NCBI GenBank assembly: GCA_032718475.1
Contig: JAUCBJ010005520.1
Span: 62,001-126,000, forward strand
Source of the DNA: Nemertoderma westbladi
Lineage: Eukaryota; Animalia; Xenacoelomorpha
Length of the DNA stretch: 64,000 nucleotides
Reading direction: 5' to 3'
A program made the translations under genes and the position numbers. Shown piece by piece: positions 1 to 12,482 of this stretch. The stretch's first letter is position 1, and the number at the start of each line of letters is the position of its first letter. The notes under the pieces were generated by a model. That model made no database searches and was not told the origin of the DNA. It was given only the letters and a program-made list of their open reading frames with translations.

Positions 1-322
1 TCTTCAGACCTAACAACAGCCAGACAACAATCCAGCCTACAAATTATTTGTACAATTCGAGCAGGCTTACACGCCTTCTGCTCAATATTACCCTTACAGA
101 TAAATAAAACTGACAGAAACAGGTAAACCATACAAAGGAATAAGGGGTGATCAATCCCTAATCCACTAACAGCCTACAATATACAATATGTCACAATCGA
201 AATAATACTGGTACCGATAAGTACCGGTTCGGGTGGTTGGGCAGTTAGGCCTACAGGTTACCGTCCGACCGGTACATTCGAATTTATTGCCTACGTGCAA
301 TCAAGAAACAAAAATCTATTAT

Positions 323-1513
323 TGTTCGCGCTTTCAGACCTTTAGCAGTTTAACCTACCAATTTTAGGTGTCCTCTTGTTTATATATCGACTTTAGCCTA
401 TAACAAGTATTTAGTGCACATAAAGTTACATTAGCCAAAGCCAGTCTATGCGCGATCATTGACCCACTGTTAAGGGAGACTGGATTCGTGTGCTTTGAAG
501 TGATTGCGGTGCAGACCTACTGTATTATTCGATTGATCGTTACTATATAATCTCTGACAAATATATTTACTTTCGGGGAAATATTAACAGTTCCTTTAGG
601 ACGTGGCGCTTTAAGTATATAAACAGAGTTATGACTTATACTAAACACAACGAGATGGCCACTGAGTTTCGTAAATAGCGCATTCTTTAGGAGATGCTTT
701 ATTATCTTTCACACTACTGCACACGACTTCACACTACTTCACACTGATCTGCCGACCGTCACTGAATTTGATCATATATAAGGAAGATAGCAACTGACAC
801 ATGTAGGGATTATGAAATAGCATTTAATTCACACAAAAACCACTATAATGTAAGTCGCAGTTGCTACAGGTAACCGGTCCCTCTTACCTTCAGCAATCTA
901 GAAGATTGGGGGTTTTATGATTATTTATCGGTATTCTCCAAATATAACAACATATCCATCAATATACAACAATTAATAACAGACAGTAAACAGAAGTAAA
1001 ATAATGCGGTGAAAGTAGCACAGAGTGACACGCAGTGCAGTTTGATATGCAGTTTGCAGTGTTGCTCAGTCAGTTGGTGGTCAATGTATCCAGATAATAG
1101 ATTTACGTTCTTGTAATCAAAGCCATCTAATGTTTGGCCAAAGTCTGAAACTTCTACAGAAGCACAGAAGAATTCTAAGCCGGTGTTCTGAGGCTCAGAA
1201 AAGGTAAACAAAGACCGCAATGCATTGCGCGGTTTTACATAGGCCCTTGTCCAACATAAAATGAAAATCGCTCTGATTGGCTAAGCAGAACAAAGAGAGG
1301 TTCCACGTTTACAGTAAATCAGCTGACAGATTTCGTCATCTGAGTTCCAGTCTTTTAGAGTATTAGGCGCATTGCGGCAAAATATGACTTGTTATGTCCG
1401 CTAAAGCACCTACACGGTACATTGCAGAGAAAATGACTTGTTATGTCCGCTAAAGCACCTACACGGTATATTGTGGAGAAAAATGACTTGTTATGTCCGC
1501 AAAAGCTTTTACA
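323..1513. repeat. Unclassified interspersed repeat, copy A (uninterrupted)
   Basis: Collinear and clearly similar to 22682-23648 plus 30990-31186 (both start TGTTCGCGCTTTCAGACCTTTAGCAG and end AAAAGCTTTTACA). Carries ~49-50 bp tandem units (ATGACTTGTTATGTCCGC...) at 1384, 1433 and 1483. No credible ORF. Confidence 0.8.
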
Positions 1514-2269
1514 CCATGTCCCGTAATACAGTGTCATTTTCTGATGACACGGACCCCCCCCCCCCCAGATTTTTCTACAAATCTTAATTATATTGCTTGA
1601 AATTTGAAACACAACTAGTTCCACTCACCGTCGATGACCCCATGAAGCCGGAATTTTCGATTTTGCCTTTAAATTTATTTTATAAGAGCTTTAAAAAAGT
1701 GTCTTTTGCGAAATCGCACCCTCCGTATCGTGGACATTCTTCAATTTAGTGGAAATTTTTTCATATCATTAGAAAGATCATTAAATAAATATAGATAGAT
1801 AATACTTTTACAGTTATAAGTCCTAACGGTTTTATAATAATTACTACATGCCGCCTTACCATAGTTTAGCTCACAGTTAAAGCAATAAATGAGCTTCAGA
1901 GTTATATATTAATAGTAATTCATCTAACAATTGGAGTTCAGATCAAACATCTCGCTTCTATAACACATTATAAATGGGTCTTTCGCACAGCCCGAGACGC
2001 GGTTAACCAGAGTAAGATTGTATTAATAGTATTCTATAGAAATTTTAAATATCCCGCAATAAAGAACGGTGTCGTCTCATTGTTTTCATCAGTGTCAAAG
2101 TTTGGCTAAATTTTCCGTTTCAAAGAGTGGACAGCAAAGTGAATGTTTTGTCAAACTGAATGGTCATGTGTATTAAATAAACCAATAACAAAATATAGAT
2201 GGAACTTTATGGAAACATCGTACGTTCATGTAAGTTGTATTAAATTAAATTACTGTGGAACGAATCACG

Positions 2270-2560
2270 ATTAGTGAGCGAAGCTACTAGTGCACAATTA
2301 CAATTAGTATTAGGGCAAAATATCATGTCCGTCTGTCTGTAAGGGAGAATTCAATCGTTAATAACTTTTGAAGCCTTTATTGAATTTCAACCAAATTTTG
2401 TATGGACCTACTAGAAGAAAGTTCCAATATTTTGAAAATTTTCGTGGGGCCCTTCGCGCTGCACGAGTCGAGTACTCTGGTTAACAGCTTTTCAGGCATT
2501 CGCGCTGCACGAGTCGAATGAAATATGAATGAATGTGTTTTGTTTATAATATTTATATAC
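2270..2560. mobile_element. Possible Helentron/DINE-like non-autonomous fragment
   Basis: GTCCGTCTGTCTGT microsatellite followed by TTCAACCAAATTT, plus a duplicated CGCGCTGCACGAGTCGA. Resemblance by eye only; ends not defined. Confidence 0.3.
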
Positions 2561-3181
2561 AGAAACAACTATGATTCTTTAATTAAAACTGTTGTATTCC
2601 ATTCCCGTAATTTGGTAAATTCATGAAATTTAATTTATTCAATTTAGACGAAGTAGTAGAATATATGATTCGTATTTGGCATGATTGAGCTAGGTATCCA
2701 AGCCACAAGCATAAATATTATTATTGATCGATTCTATAAAAAATGCGTCAGTTTGGGTCCACCATATATCTATCTGCTTCATACTTCATACCTGTGATTC
2801 ATTCATACATCGATGAGAAACTATGTTATGCACAGCTGCCATTGCCAGCCCCCATTGCAAGATTGTTATTCTTGTTCTTCACGGTATGGATTAGGACAAT
2901 AATGGAATCAATATTGAACCAAGGCAAATTGATCCACTGGTTTATATAGCAAAACTAATGACAATCAATACCAACCAGTTTTATGGGGGTGGAGATTTTA
3001 GAATGGGACAGAAGGGGGAGGGGGGGTGTGGTAAACAAAATATGGCATATAAAGTTTTTGAAAATGTTAATTTAAAAACTAAGAGTTCCAAATGAGATAG
3101 ACAGCTGCAACCCATTAAGAAATATATATAACCTGAAATGTGAGTCCTGAAATTTGTGTATGTTTATTTCAGTAAAGGCTA

Positions 3182-3677
3182 CAGACCGGACCCATTGCTC
3201 AATTTACCGAACCCATTGACCGGACCCATTGCCATTTAAATGAGCAGGTTAGTAAAGGAGAAGATTGCAGAGGCGTGTTGGGGGAACCAAAACAATAAAC
3301 GAAAGTTAACACATGTTACATGATTATGGGTCCGGTCACAAAGTCAGATAGGGGGGGGGGGGGGGGGGGGGGGGGGGGAAACTGGACGCAATAAAAATTC
3401 ATCGCTTTCCAGGGGAAATTGGACGCAAATAACAGATGATTATTCTCCAAAATAAAACTGTAACCTGTTCTATTGTGTTTAGTTTATTGTTTTGGTTAAA
3501 ATAACGTGCCACTGCAACCTGTTCCTTTCCCTAAATTTAGAATTTAACATTGAGGCGGGATATTAATTCGCCAAGGCGGGTTTTGCGTCCAGTCCCCCCC
3601 CCCCCCCCCCCCCCCCACTTGTCTCCAAAAAGTTGAGGTAATAAGGGTCCGGTCAATGGTTCAGGGTCAGTGTCTCT
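3182..3677. mobile_element. MITE-like element with inverted subterminal repeats
   Basis: CCATTGACCGGACCC near the left end is inverted relative to GGGTCCGGTCAATGG near the right end. Internal inverted pair poly-G-ACTGGACGCAA / TTGCGTCCAGT-poly-C. Confidence 0.55.
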
Positions 3678-3889
3678 TCCGTCTCTGCAATATTTAATAA
3701 AAAGTTTATATTGGATATTGTTAATTTTCTGCAATCTACTGTAGAATATTTTCTAATAAAAGGACTGGTTCATATAAAAAAAAACGCACGGAAATTATTA
3801 AAGATATATATAACTGAGCTTCTGTATCATAAAAATACAATGCTTCCTGTTTGGTCCGGTCCTCAAGAGGGCTCTACGGTTCACACTCC

Positions 3890-4935
3890 GATCAGCCCTA
3901 TACTTCAAGACGCTCGTAGATGAAATTATTCTAGAATTCGATTGAGAACTCATAGAAGACGAACTGAACCAACTTAAATTGTCAGTGAACGGCATCTGTA
4001 ACGAGCTATACAAATCAAACTCTATACAATTCACCATGGAACATTCCTATTCTAGCCTTAACTACTTTCACCTTACAATATACCGCTACAATGCCGAACG
4101 CACGCAGCTCTGCAGAAAGCCCACCTCCAACACGTTACCGATACTTTTTTCCAGTTTCCTCCATAAAACCACCAGTTTTAGCTGTTGTTAAATCCACCGC
4201 AGGTTATCTAACTCTATTATTATTTATTCTTCGTCGCCTGACATAGTTATCTAGTTATTCAGGAAACGACATCCCGACTTCAGTGTGTTCATAACGTATA
4301 AAATAACAGGAAAATCACTAGAAAAAAACTGGTAAAATTGATTGGTCGGTAACGGTGATGGTTGATATAACTAACTAGTAACATTTAAGTATATTAATAT
4401 ACGAAAAGGCGTTATAAGAGCTCCAGATTTTTTCTAAGTTATTTCCCGTTGTTTTATAATTATCGAAAACTGTTTACGTTGAGGGGAGGGGAGGGATACC
4501 ACTTAAACTTCCTCCAGTAAGATAAGCACTTACCGACCGACCGCACGTTCATCAACTCCCACAATGCAACCTAATCTAATTCCCCATAACCCCATACTTT
4601 ACCGCACCAATGTTTAACACCATCGCCCGTCACCAACGCCATTTAAAAGTATAGGACTAACCGTTAAACCTGTCCCTCGCAATCTCCCCAACCTCGGCCA
4701 AGAGATCCACATACCTGTTGGTAACCACCCATCATGCCGAACACCCCGCTACCTTGCTACCCGTTGCCTTACCATCCGTAATAACAGAAGAACCCCATGG
4801 GGTGAAGCAATACACGGTCATTTTAATTATAAATCTTACAACCATACCTATATAATTTCCTGTAATAACACCATCTCGAGTACTACATTGGAAAAACAGA
4901 ACAGTTTCTACACGAGAGACTCAACAAACACAGCC
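3890..4935 (+). pseudogene. Degenerate Penelope-like retroelement RT fragment
   Basis: Translation NSIQFTMEHSYSSLNYFHLTIY...RKPT resembles the Penelope RT C-terminal motifs (IQFT-E...L-FLD-I...YRKPT). Heavily decayed. Confidence 0.5.
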
Positions 4936-4959
4936 ATGTACTAAGGGGGCGCAAAAATT

Positions 4960-5142
4960 TAATGAAATAAATAATGTTTGAGTTTTTGCACTCAAACTTG
5001 AAATTTTATTGAATTCATTCAATTTAATTAAGGGGGGGGGGGGGGGGGGGGGGTGGTTATCTTGCAATCACCGGATGGGAGATTGAACTCGGTACCTAGA
5101 GATTCCAAGTTGGACGCTCCACGCTCTACCAACTTCGCCATC
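4960..5142 (-). mobile_element. tRNA-derived SINE (older copy, head interrupted)
   Basis: Minus strand has A-box-like TGGCGAAGTTGG and B-box-like GAGTTCAATCT. The first bases of the head (GCGC) resume at 5446-5449. The 3' end is approximate. Confidence 0.5.
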
Positions 5143-5439
5143 TAAAAAGTAAAGTAAAGTAAAGTAAAGTAAATTTTCTTCGGCCACTAGGCCTTGGTTT
5201 ACGCACAAAGTCTGACGACTTATTTCCAGTGCGGTCCCCCCTGAACTTTACTCCCCAGAGGAAACTACAGTACTCATTTAGCTACAACTTAAGGATGCAA
5301 GGCAGAGATGCGCCCTGGCTGGTCCCTTTAAAGCATTCATACCGAAACGAAAACTGCCCTGGTCCATGTGAGGATCGAACCCACGACCTACAGGAGATGT
5401 GAATTCAATACAACCACTACACCAAGGTGGAACCTTGCT
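5143..5439 (-). mobile_element. tRNA-derived SINE with (TTTAC)n tail
   Basis: A box TGGTGTAGTGG, B box GGTTCGATCC, central AAATGAGTAC motif, (AAAGT)n tail on the plus strand, 6-bp TSD GCCATC at 5137-5142 and 5440-5445. Confidence 0.75.
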
Positions 5440-6218
5440 GCCATCGCGCAGTATGAAGTCTTAAAACCCAAACCCAACTGGAAATTAAGAACAACAGCAA
5501 CGGAGTGAATACTAGAGGTCTCGCTACGTGGGCCTAAAAACATTCACCCGAGGCCTTGTCTAAATAAAGCTGGTAAAGAATCCGCAATGTACGAGATCCA
5601 TAGCATTCTCAATCCTCCGGCCATCACAATAAACTTCTAACTTTGGAGAAGCTGCAATTCGCTGGTGGGATCCAATAAGAATAGAGAAAGTTTTGTCAAG
5701 AAAGTTATTGGAGTTATTTTGGATGCACCAGTAGAGAACACGGCAACGCAACGCTTACTTCACTCACTTATAAAATACTTTTGATTTGCTAATCTCCAAC
5801 CAAAATATTTATTTGTCAAAACATCTCTTCAGGTTTTGGTTCTCCTCCCACCAACCTTAATTGGCAAAGGTGTCAAATTATGTGTGAGTTTTAACCTTAG
5901 AAGGAATGTAATTCTCAAATTATATAGATTATGTTAGAAAGTTTAATTTGCATTCTGCTATGCTCATTGTATGATTTTATATAGAGTAATAATTAATTTT
6001 ATAGTTATAACATATTTATGTGTAGAAAAACTGGTTTTATATTATAGTTTTAGGGTCATATTGTATGCTACATTTTGCTTTATGATATCGAATGGGAATA
6101 TCATTTAGGCTTGTTAGGCCAATGAATGTTTGTTCACTCACTACCTTGAGTGATCTTCCACAGTAAACCCTTCCTCCCTATTTCCTAAAGGAATGCCTAT
6201 TCGGGTAAATCCTTTCGA

Positions 6219-6402
6219 CCTACGCGTAGCTAAGCGTAGCTACGCGTAGTTTGTAACTTCAATTCCTGTTATTTACCGGTAGGGCCAGACTTATTGCCTT
6301 TTTAACAACTACGCGTAGGTGTTTTAAAACTACGCGTAGTTATTTTGGAACTACGCGTACGTATTTTGAAACTACGCGTAGGTGCTACGCGTAGCAGTCC
6401 TG
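6219..6402. repeat. Cluster of CTACGCGTAG palindromes, probable DNA-transposon subterminal array
   Basis: About seven copies of the 10-bp palindrome, ending in CAGTCCTG (a hAT-like terminus when read on the other strand). Partner end not found. Confidence 0.45.
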
Positions 6403-6873
6403 ATAACAATGGTTTTTTCATTTCAGGTCCGGTAGGGTTGAGTTGTTTGGCAAGTATCGGTATATGTCAGGTATCTGATTATCAGACAAATGGAATAACA
6501 GAATCGGAAGCTCATATCTCTACATACAGCACTGGTAATAAATAATATTCGGCTCTTTCTCCTAACGTCTCCAACTTACTAAAGTATGGGGTTACGCTAA
6601 CTGACAATCACAAAATATCTGTATTTAATACAGCAGCGTTAGCTAACGATCTAATTAATTTGTTTTCCAGAATTTGTAACCATAATTTTAGTTACATTAA
6701 TACTGTAGTTTACATAAAATTAGCCTTGTCTTCTGTATTAATTGGGTCTAATTCATGATTCAAACAAGTTAGCATAAATTAGAAACAGTGAGTGAGTCAG
6801 TACCTAACAGCATCCAGCATTTAGCGCCAGTCAGTACCTAACAGCATTAGCATAATAAAAACAGACTACCTAA

Positions 6874-7183
6874 AGGCCCGTTCACATCCAATGGAACGGA
6901 ACACCGTGCAGTGTACCGCAGGGCCAGCTGTACACTGCTGACTGTGAACGACCTAACAGGTAGTTGTGCGCTAAACCGCGCGGTTTACCGCAGCCCATTT
7001 ATACAATGTTAAAACAATTAATGTTATATTTTCCTGTTGAATTCACAGTCGACAGATAGACAATCAGTTACCGCAACGGTACCGTTGGGTGTGAACGGGC
7101 TCCGGGTAGTGTACCACTGGCTTACCGCTTCAATACCGCCAGACTACTTTACCGCTCACGCACTGTTGGATGTGAACGGGGCT
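6874..7183. mobile_element. PIF/Harbinger-type MITE (310 bp)
   Basis: 18-bp TIRs AGGCCCGTTCACATCCAA / TTGGATGTGAACGGGGCT (1 mismatch); 3-bp TAA TSD at 6871-6873 and 7184-7186. Confidence 0.8.
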
Positions 7184-7193
7184 TAAGGATTAA

Positions 7194-8250
7194 GGGGGGG
7201 GGGGGGGGGGTGTTGCGCATTTTCTGACCAAAAAGTCGAATTTTTGAAACATATCCTATCTGATGCAGAATTTCATGCTGAATCCAAATATGGAAACCGT
7301 TTTCCCATATCTTGCTTAGTTTTCGAGATATCTGGGATAGAAGATACTGGCTCCAATATATTTATTATATTATTATATTTATTATATATCATTTCTGCAA
7401 ATTTCTGTGCACAGTGGTGCTAATTGGATGTCTCCACGAGAAAGAGCACAAAATCTTAATTGAGAAGGTATTTTTTTATGATTATTAGACCTACTGATCA
7501 GTTTATAAGACAACTTCAAGTCTCCGGAATGAAGACGGGACTCGAATAAGCGACTCTGCGGTCTTTGCGGGATTACACGGAATAGACTTATCGGTCATCG
7601 GAGATCTTCAAAATGTATAATCTCCAGTTCTAGTGGTCGTACGAAGTTCGTTTTAGTTCGTACGAAGTTCGAAAGCTCTTTTCTTAGAGAACAAAGTTAC
7701 CATTTGATTTAAGACAAAATGGTTGGAAAGCAACATAACATGAATTAGGGTAAAATTTTTGGTAACTTTTGTCTCTGAGAAAAGAGCTTTCGAATGAGCC
7801 CTAAACGAACTCCGTACGACCCTTATACATTTTGAAGATCTCCGATGACCGATAAGTCTATTCTGTGTAATCCCGCAAAGACCGCAGAATCGCATATTCG
7901 AGTCCCATCTTCATTCCGGAGACTTGAAGTTGTCTTATAAACGGATCAGTAAGTCCAATAATCATAAAACAATACCTTCTCAATTAAAATTTTGTGCTCT
8001 TTCTCGTGGAGACACCCAATTAGCACCACTGAGCACAGAAACTTGCAGAAATTGAATGCAAACCCCAAACTTCATCTCCTTTACCGATATCGCGATATAT
8101 CGGAGCCAGTATCTTCTATCCCAGATATCTCGAAAACTAAGCAAGATATGGGAAAAGGGTTTCCATATTTGGATCCAGCATGAAATTCTGCATCAGATAG
8201 GATATGTTTCAAAAATTCGACTTTTTGGTCAGAAAATGCGCTACCCCCCC
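7194..8250. mobile_element. Foldback non-autonomous DNA transposon with TTAA TSD (Kolobok-like termini)
   Basis: Almost the whole 1.06 kb is an imperfect palindrome with arms of roughly 450 bp or more. G-run/C-run termini; TTAA at 7190-7193 and 8251-8254. Purine-starting ends with a TTAA TSD fit Kolobok better than piggyBac. Confidence 0.75.
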
Positions 8251-10721
8251 TTAAATGGATCCGAAACAGCTGAAGGAGGCACAGAACCCTAATTGCTTCC
8301 CCTTCGCTTCATTGGGATAACTGGTAACCCCGATTCCACTTCCACAGGGCCCCCCCTCACCTAACTTCCGCGCTTGCCATGAGTGCAAGTTACATTCTAG
8401 ATCCCCATTGCTGCTCTGTTTTTCTCCTGCCCGGTCGTGCGCCTCGTGCCTCCCTTAGCCTAGCATTCTAGCAGACATGATTAGGCAGTTAGAAGTTGTA
8501 TGCAATTAAGCATTCAATCGAGAAGAAAACAATTATCAAATAAAAAATACGACATAATTAACCAATCAGTGTAATTATTATAGCAAGATTCTGACATTTG
8601 TAGGTTCAGAAAGCAAGAAGAATATACTAAGTTCCGGTACAATTAATAGAAAATTAAAGATGGTGGACAAAACACAACGATGTAAATCTACTACTACTAG
8701 GATCGGCATGGTGCATTGAAGCTGCATTTTCAAGAATGCTGTGCATGCTTGTCGACAAAATTGCGCCGCCACAAAGCAGAGGCGGCTTTGTTCTAGTGTC
8801 AAGCTTGGAGGAACCAATGAGACACCTCCAATGTTATATAGTTTCTGATTGGAGATGTGTGCATTGTACTTGACACAGTGAACCCGGCGTAGCATTCTTG
8901 TGAATGTGCCATCCAGAGATTTGGTGTCCTCAGCAGTTAGAGCCCAGCATGGACTCCCATAGTGGAGTACTGGAACTACTGCTGCTCTAAATAATCGGAC
9001 CTTAAGTTTCCCATTAATCCTACGTGACTTCCAAATCCTGGAAAGCCTATTCAAGGCTGCCTGCCCATGCCTTTTCCTTACATATTCAAAGGGCCTCAAC
9101 TGATTTCCGGATCCATGATCCCAGGTAACATAAGTCATCCACATGCTCAAGCATACCATCCTTTGAGCTTATGCTCATCTGATCAGAGAATTGCTGAGGA
9201 CTTTCAAAGTTAACTGTCAAAATTTTGGTCTTTTTGAAGTTATTAAAAAGACAAACACTGGAAGCAGCCTGTTCTAATGAGCAGAGGAGCCGTTGGGCTT
9301 CCTCTAGTGATTCTGAGAGTACTCCTCTAAGTCATCAGCAAAGTCTAGATCAGTTAGGTGCTTGGCAGGATTTCCTCTATTTCTGGAGCCAGTAGGTGGA
9401 GTTACCATCAATCACCCCATCATCATTATGATGATCAAGGACATGCGTAGAACATAGTCAACCACAATTCTGAACAAGAATGGCTCAAGTATCTCTTGTC
9501 ACCCTGGAGGACTCCCCATAATACTTCAAATGGTTCTGTGTCACCATCAACAGTAGACACACATGTTGCCGAACCATCGTATACTGATCTGATTGTTGCA
9601 ATAATTTCATCAGGAATCCCATATAATGAAAGTATGGTGAACATACGTGTGAGAGAGACTGAATCAAAGGCATTGAAGAAGTCAACAAAGATAACAGCTA
9701 GATGCCTGTCTTTCTTTTTTGATAACTCTTCAATTATCCTTCTAAGTGCCAAAATGGTCCCTTGACCTTTACGGAACCCATTCTGATGTCCACGGAGCAG
9801 TCTCTCAATGGGATCCCTGATGCGGTTTAATAGAATTCTATTGTATAGCTTTGCAGCAATCGAGATCAATGAGATTCCCCAAAAAGAACCTCAGAGTGTT
9901 AGGTTGCCCTTCTTGGGAACTGGCACCAACCTCTTGTTGTTCTGTACATGTCTACTATGATGTGATAGATGAGCTTTAAACACACTGAAAGGAGATATTG
10001 CCAATGGGAATATCTGGGAGTACAGACTCAGACACTTACTTCTATAAAGTAATCAGGCAAATACACTGTCATTATTGAGGAGCTTTTCAAAGTGGGCCTT
10101 CCAACCATTGAGGCGATTGGCTGTTGATTCTGCTTTAACCTTGGTGGTTGGTTGGCTTTCCACCCAGTAAGCAAGTTAATCGATTTCCATGCCTGGGATC
10201 ATCATCATTGATGGCATCAACCTGTTGGTTTATTAGTTCCTGCAGATTAACAGAGTACTGCCTATTCAGGGACCTAGATGCAGCCTTAACTGCATTCTTA
10301 GCCACTGTAGTCTGATTGAGTCAGGACTCTTTCTGCGCCTTATAGAGGTCATTTCGGCACTTCTGAATTTTGTGGTCAGTCCAGGGGCCCTTTTCCTGTT
10401 TTGAGGGTATACAGGAACTGTTTCTGCAGCTGCTAACTTAATTGCTTCTGTGAAGGCAGTATAGCCCTCGTAGTGATCTGCCGCCTCTGAGGCAAGAACC
10501 TCATACCTGTTGCTCATCTGTAGTGTGAAGCTGGATCTCACACTTGGTTGTTGCAACAGAGAGGAACAGTCATGCCGCGGCAAGGCAGATTTCGCACGCA
10601 GACTAAGTCTTACCGTGGCCACAATGAGGCGGTGATCACTGGAGAAGGGTCGAAGTGTAAAAGCATCACATTGTATAGAGCTCATGTATTTCCTACGAAA
10701 CAGAATATGGTCTATCTTGGA

Positions 10722-11249
10722 TGTGACGGGATCCAGGAGGGATCCCGATTTATCCGATGTTTAGTTCACGCGTCCCCGCCGTGTGTAAAGAGTAAAATGA
10801 GTTCTGATGTTCGGTGTATATAATGATCAGTCTAATAAGATATAGATATAGGTTGTTGTACACGGAAGGCGGGATACGGTAACTAAAGTCCCGGTCCTTC
10901 CCTAGCTAAACTATCTAACCTAACTAGCACCAATATGATACTGGGATAACTGACTGGTATGATTACTGGTAACTGGTTATATTGCACGGTGGCCTTATTG
11001 CTGTACCTAATCGATGCCTTGCCCCCCTCTGATTGGTTGATACCCTTGTTGGCGCCCCGTGGAGTGTTCCCGTTCACTCCATCTGTTCTCTCTGGGTTAG
11101 GGGTTTGGCCCCTGACCCTTGTTGTGTGGTTCTCCTTCCCACTCTATTGGGGTGACACGAGGTTGATATTGGTAATCAACCTCGTGCTCCCAATATTGCC
11201 TTATGGCTCACTTTATGGGTTTGTGTTAGCGGAATTGGATAAGCTAACA
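10722..11249 (-). repeat. 3' LTR of BEL/Pao element 1
   Basis: No difference from 17794-18321 seen by eye. Confidence 0.95.
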
Positions 11250-11287
11250 CTCCCCCCCATGCTATCTTCCCGGTAAGAAGATAGCAT
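11250..11287 (-). promoter_or_regulatory. Polypurine tract with adjacent 11-bp stem-loop
   Basis: Sense GGGGGGGAG abuts the LTR. It is preceded by the inverted repeat ATGCTATCTTC-N7-GAAGATAGCAT (11259-11287), which is also present in element 2. Confidence 0.85.
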
Positions 11288-11859
11288 CCAACTAAAGTGC
11301 GCTACAATTCCGCTGGAACTCGATCTATTATCGGGTGTGGGGTGGGGTTATTTTCTTGGAGTCGACTTTCCAGGCCGCTCCCTATGGGTATGATGTCACT
11401 ACCCTCTGGCGTCTCGTGTCGGGCCGATCGTGCGCTTCTCTCACACAATTTTTGTTTCCCCAACACTCTTACCACTCTAACTCCGCTCTCTGACTCAACT
11501 CGCTCTTACCCTCTCCCCACACCTGAATCGCACACTTCTCTCTCGCCAACAGCTCCTTTCACTATCTCCTCTCTACTCCCTGCCACTCTCTAAGGCCCTG
11601 ACCTCTAATGCTACCCCTGTGCTATCATACTATCTACCTTATCTAAGGTCTAACTTGCTAACTATCTAACTTCTCTAACTCTAACTAACTCCTAACTCTG
11701 CTAACTCTACTCTACTCTCTGCTAACTCTTACTACTTCTAGCTCTAACTAAAAGCCTCTAACTTTCTACTAACTCTAACTAGAACTCTCTAACTTTCTGC
11801 TAAGTCTACTAACTCTTTTCTAACTCTGACTAAAATCCTCCAACTAACTCTATCTCTAT

Positions 11860-12406
11860 CTACGTGGCGCTAACGGTGCCCACAACCACAACCGGTACTA
11901 CGTACCCTCTTACTAACTCTACCTCCATCTACGTGGCGCTAACGGTGCCCACAACCACAACTGGTACTACGTACCCTCTTACTAACTCTACCTCCATCTA
12001 CGTGGCGCTAACGGTGCCCACAACCACTCTACTACTGCTTCTACTCTGCTACTATCTTTCTAACTCTACTAACTCTCTACTATCTCTAACTCTACTAGCT
12101 GGCACCCTATGTGCCCTCTCTACTACTCTACTCTCTGGCACCCTATGTGCCCGTCTCTACTACTCTACTCTATCTACATCTCCACCTCAACTAATACCTC
12201 TATCTACGTGGCGCTTGCGGTGCCCACAACCACTCTCTCCTACTACTTTCTACGTGGCGCTTCCGGTGCCCACAACCTCTCTACCACCGCTACTTTCTAC
12301 GTGGCGCTTCCGGTGCCCACAACCTCTCTACCACCGCTACTTTCTACGTGGCGCTTCCGGTGCCCACAACCTCCCTACTACTACTCGTGGCATGACAATA
12401 TGCCAC
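11860..12406 (-). repeat. Array of GC-rich hairpin motifs in the 3' region of element 1
   Basis: Seven copies of CTACGTGGCGCTnnCGGTGCCCACAACC (11860, 11929, 11998, 12204, 12250, 12297, 12344), two of GGCACCCTATGTGCC and one GTGGCAT-N6-ATGCCAC. Confidence 0.85.
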
Positions 12407-12482
12407 ACTCCCTTACCCGCCGATTTCTAACTTAACTCTACTTACTATTATTTTAATTATTTAATTATTTATTAATATTTAT

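Noticed and set aside
5065-5430. tRNA genes
   Set aside because: A and B boxes are present but there is no full cloverleaf. They are followed by SINE bodies, and one has a tail and TSD.
11860-12406. Palindromic repeats with spacers as a CRISPR array; plus-strand ORFs 11864-12430 and 12109-12435
   Set aside because: The linkers are duplicated low-complexity sequence inside an LTR element, and the ORFs are antisense by-products of G-poor repeats.
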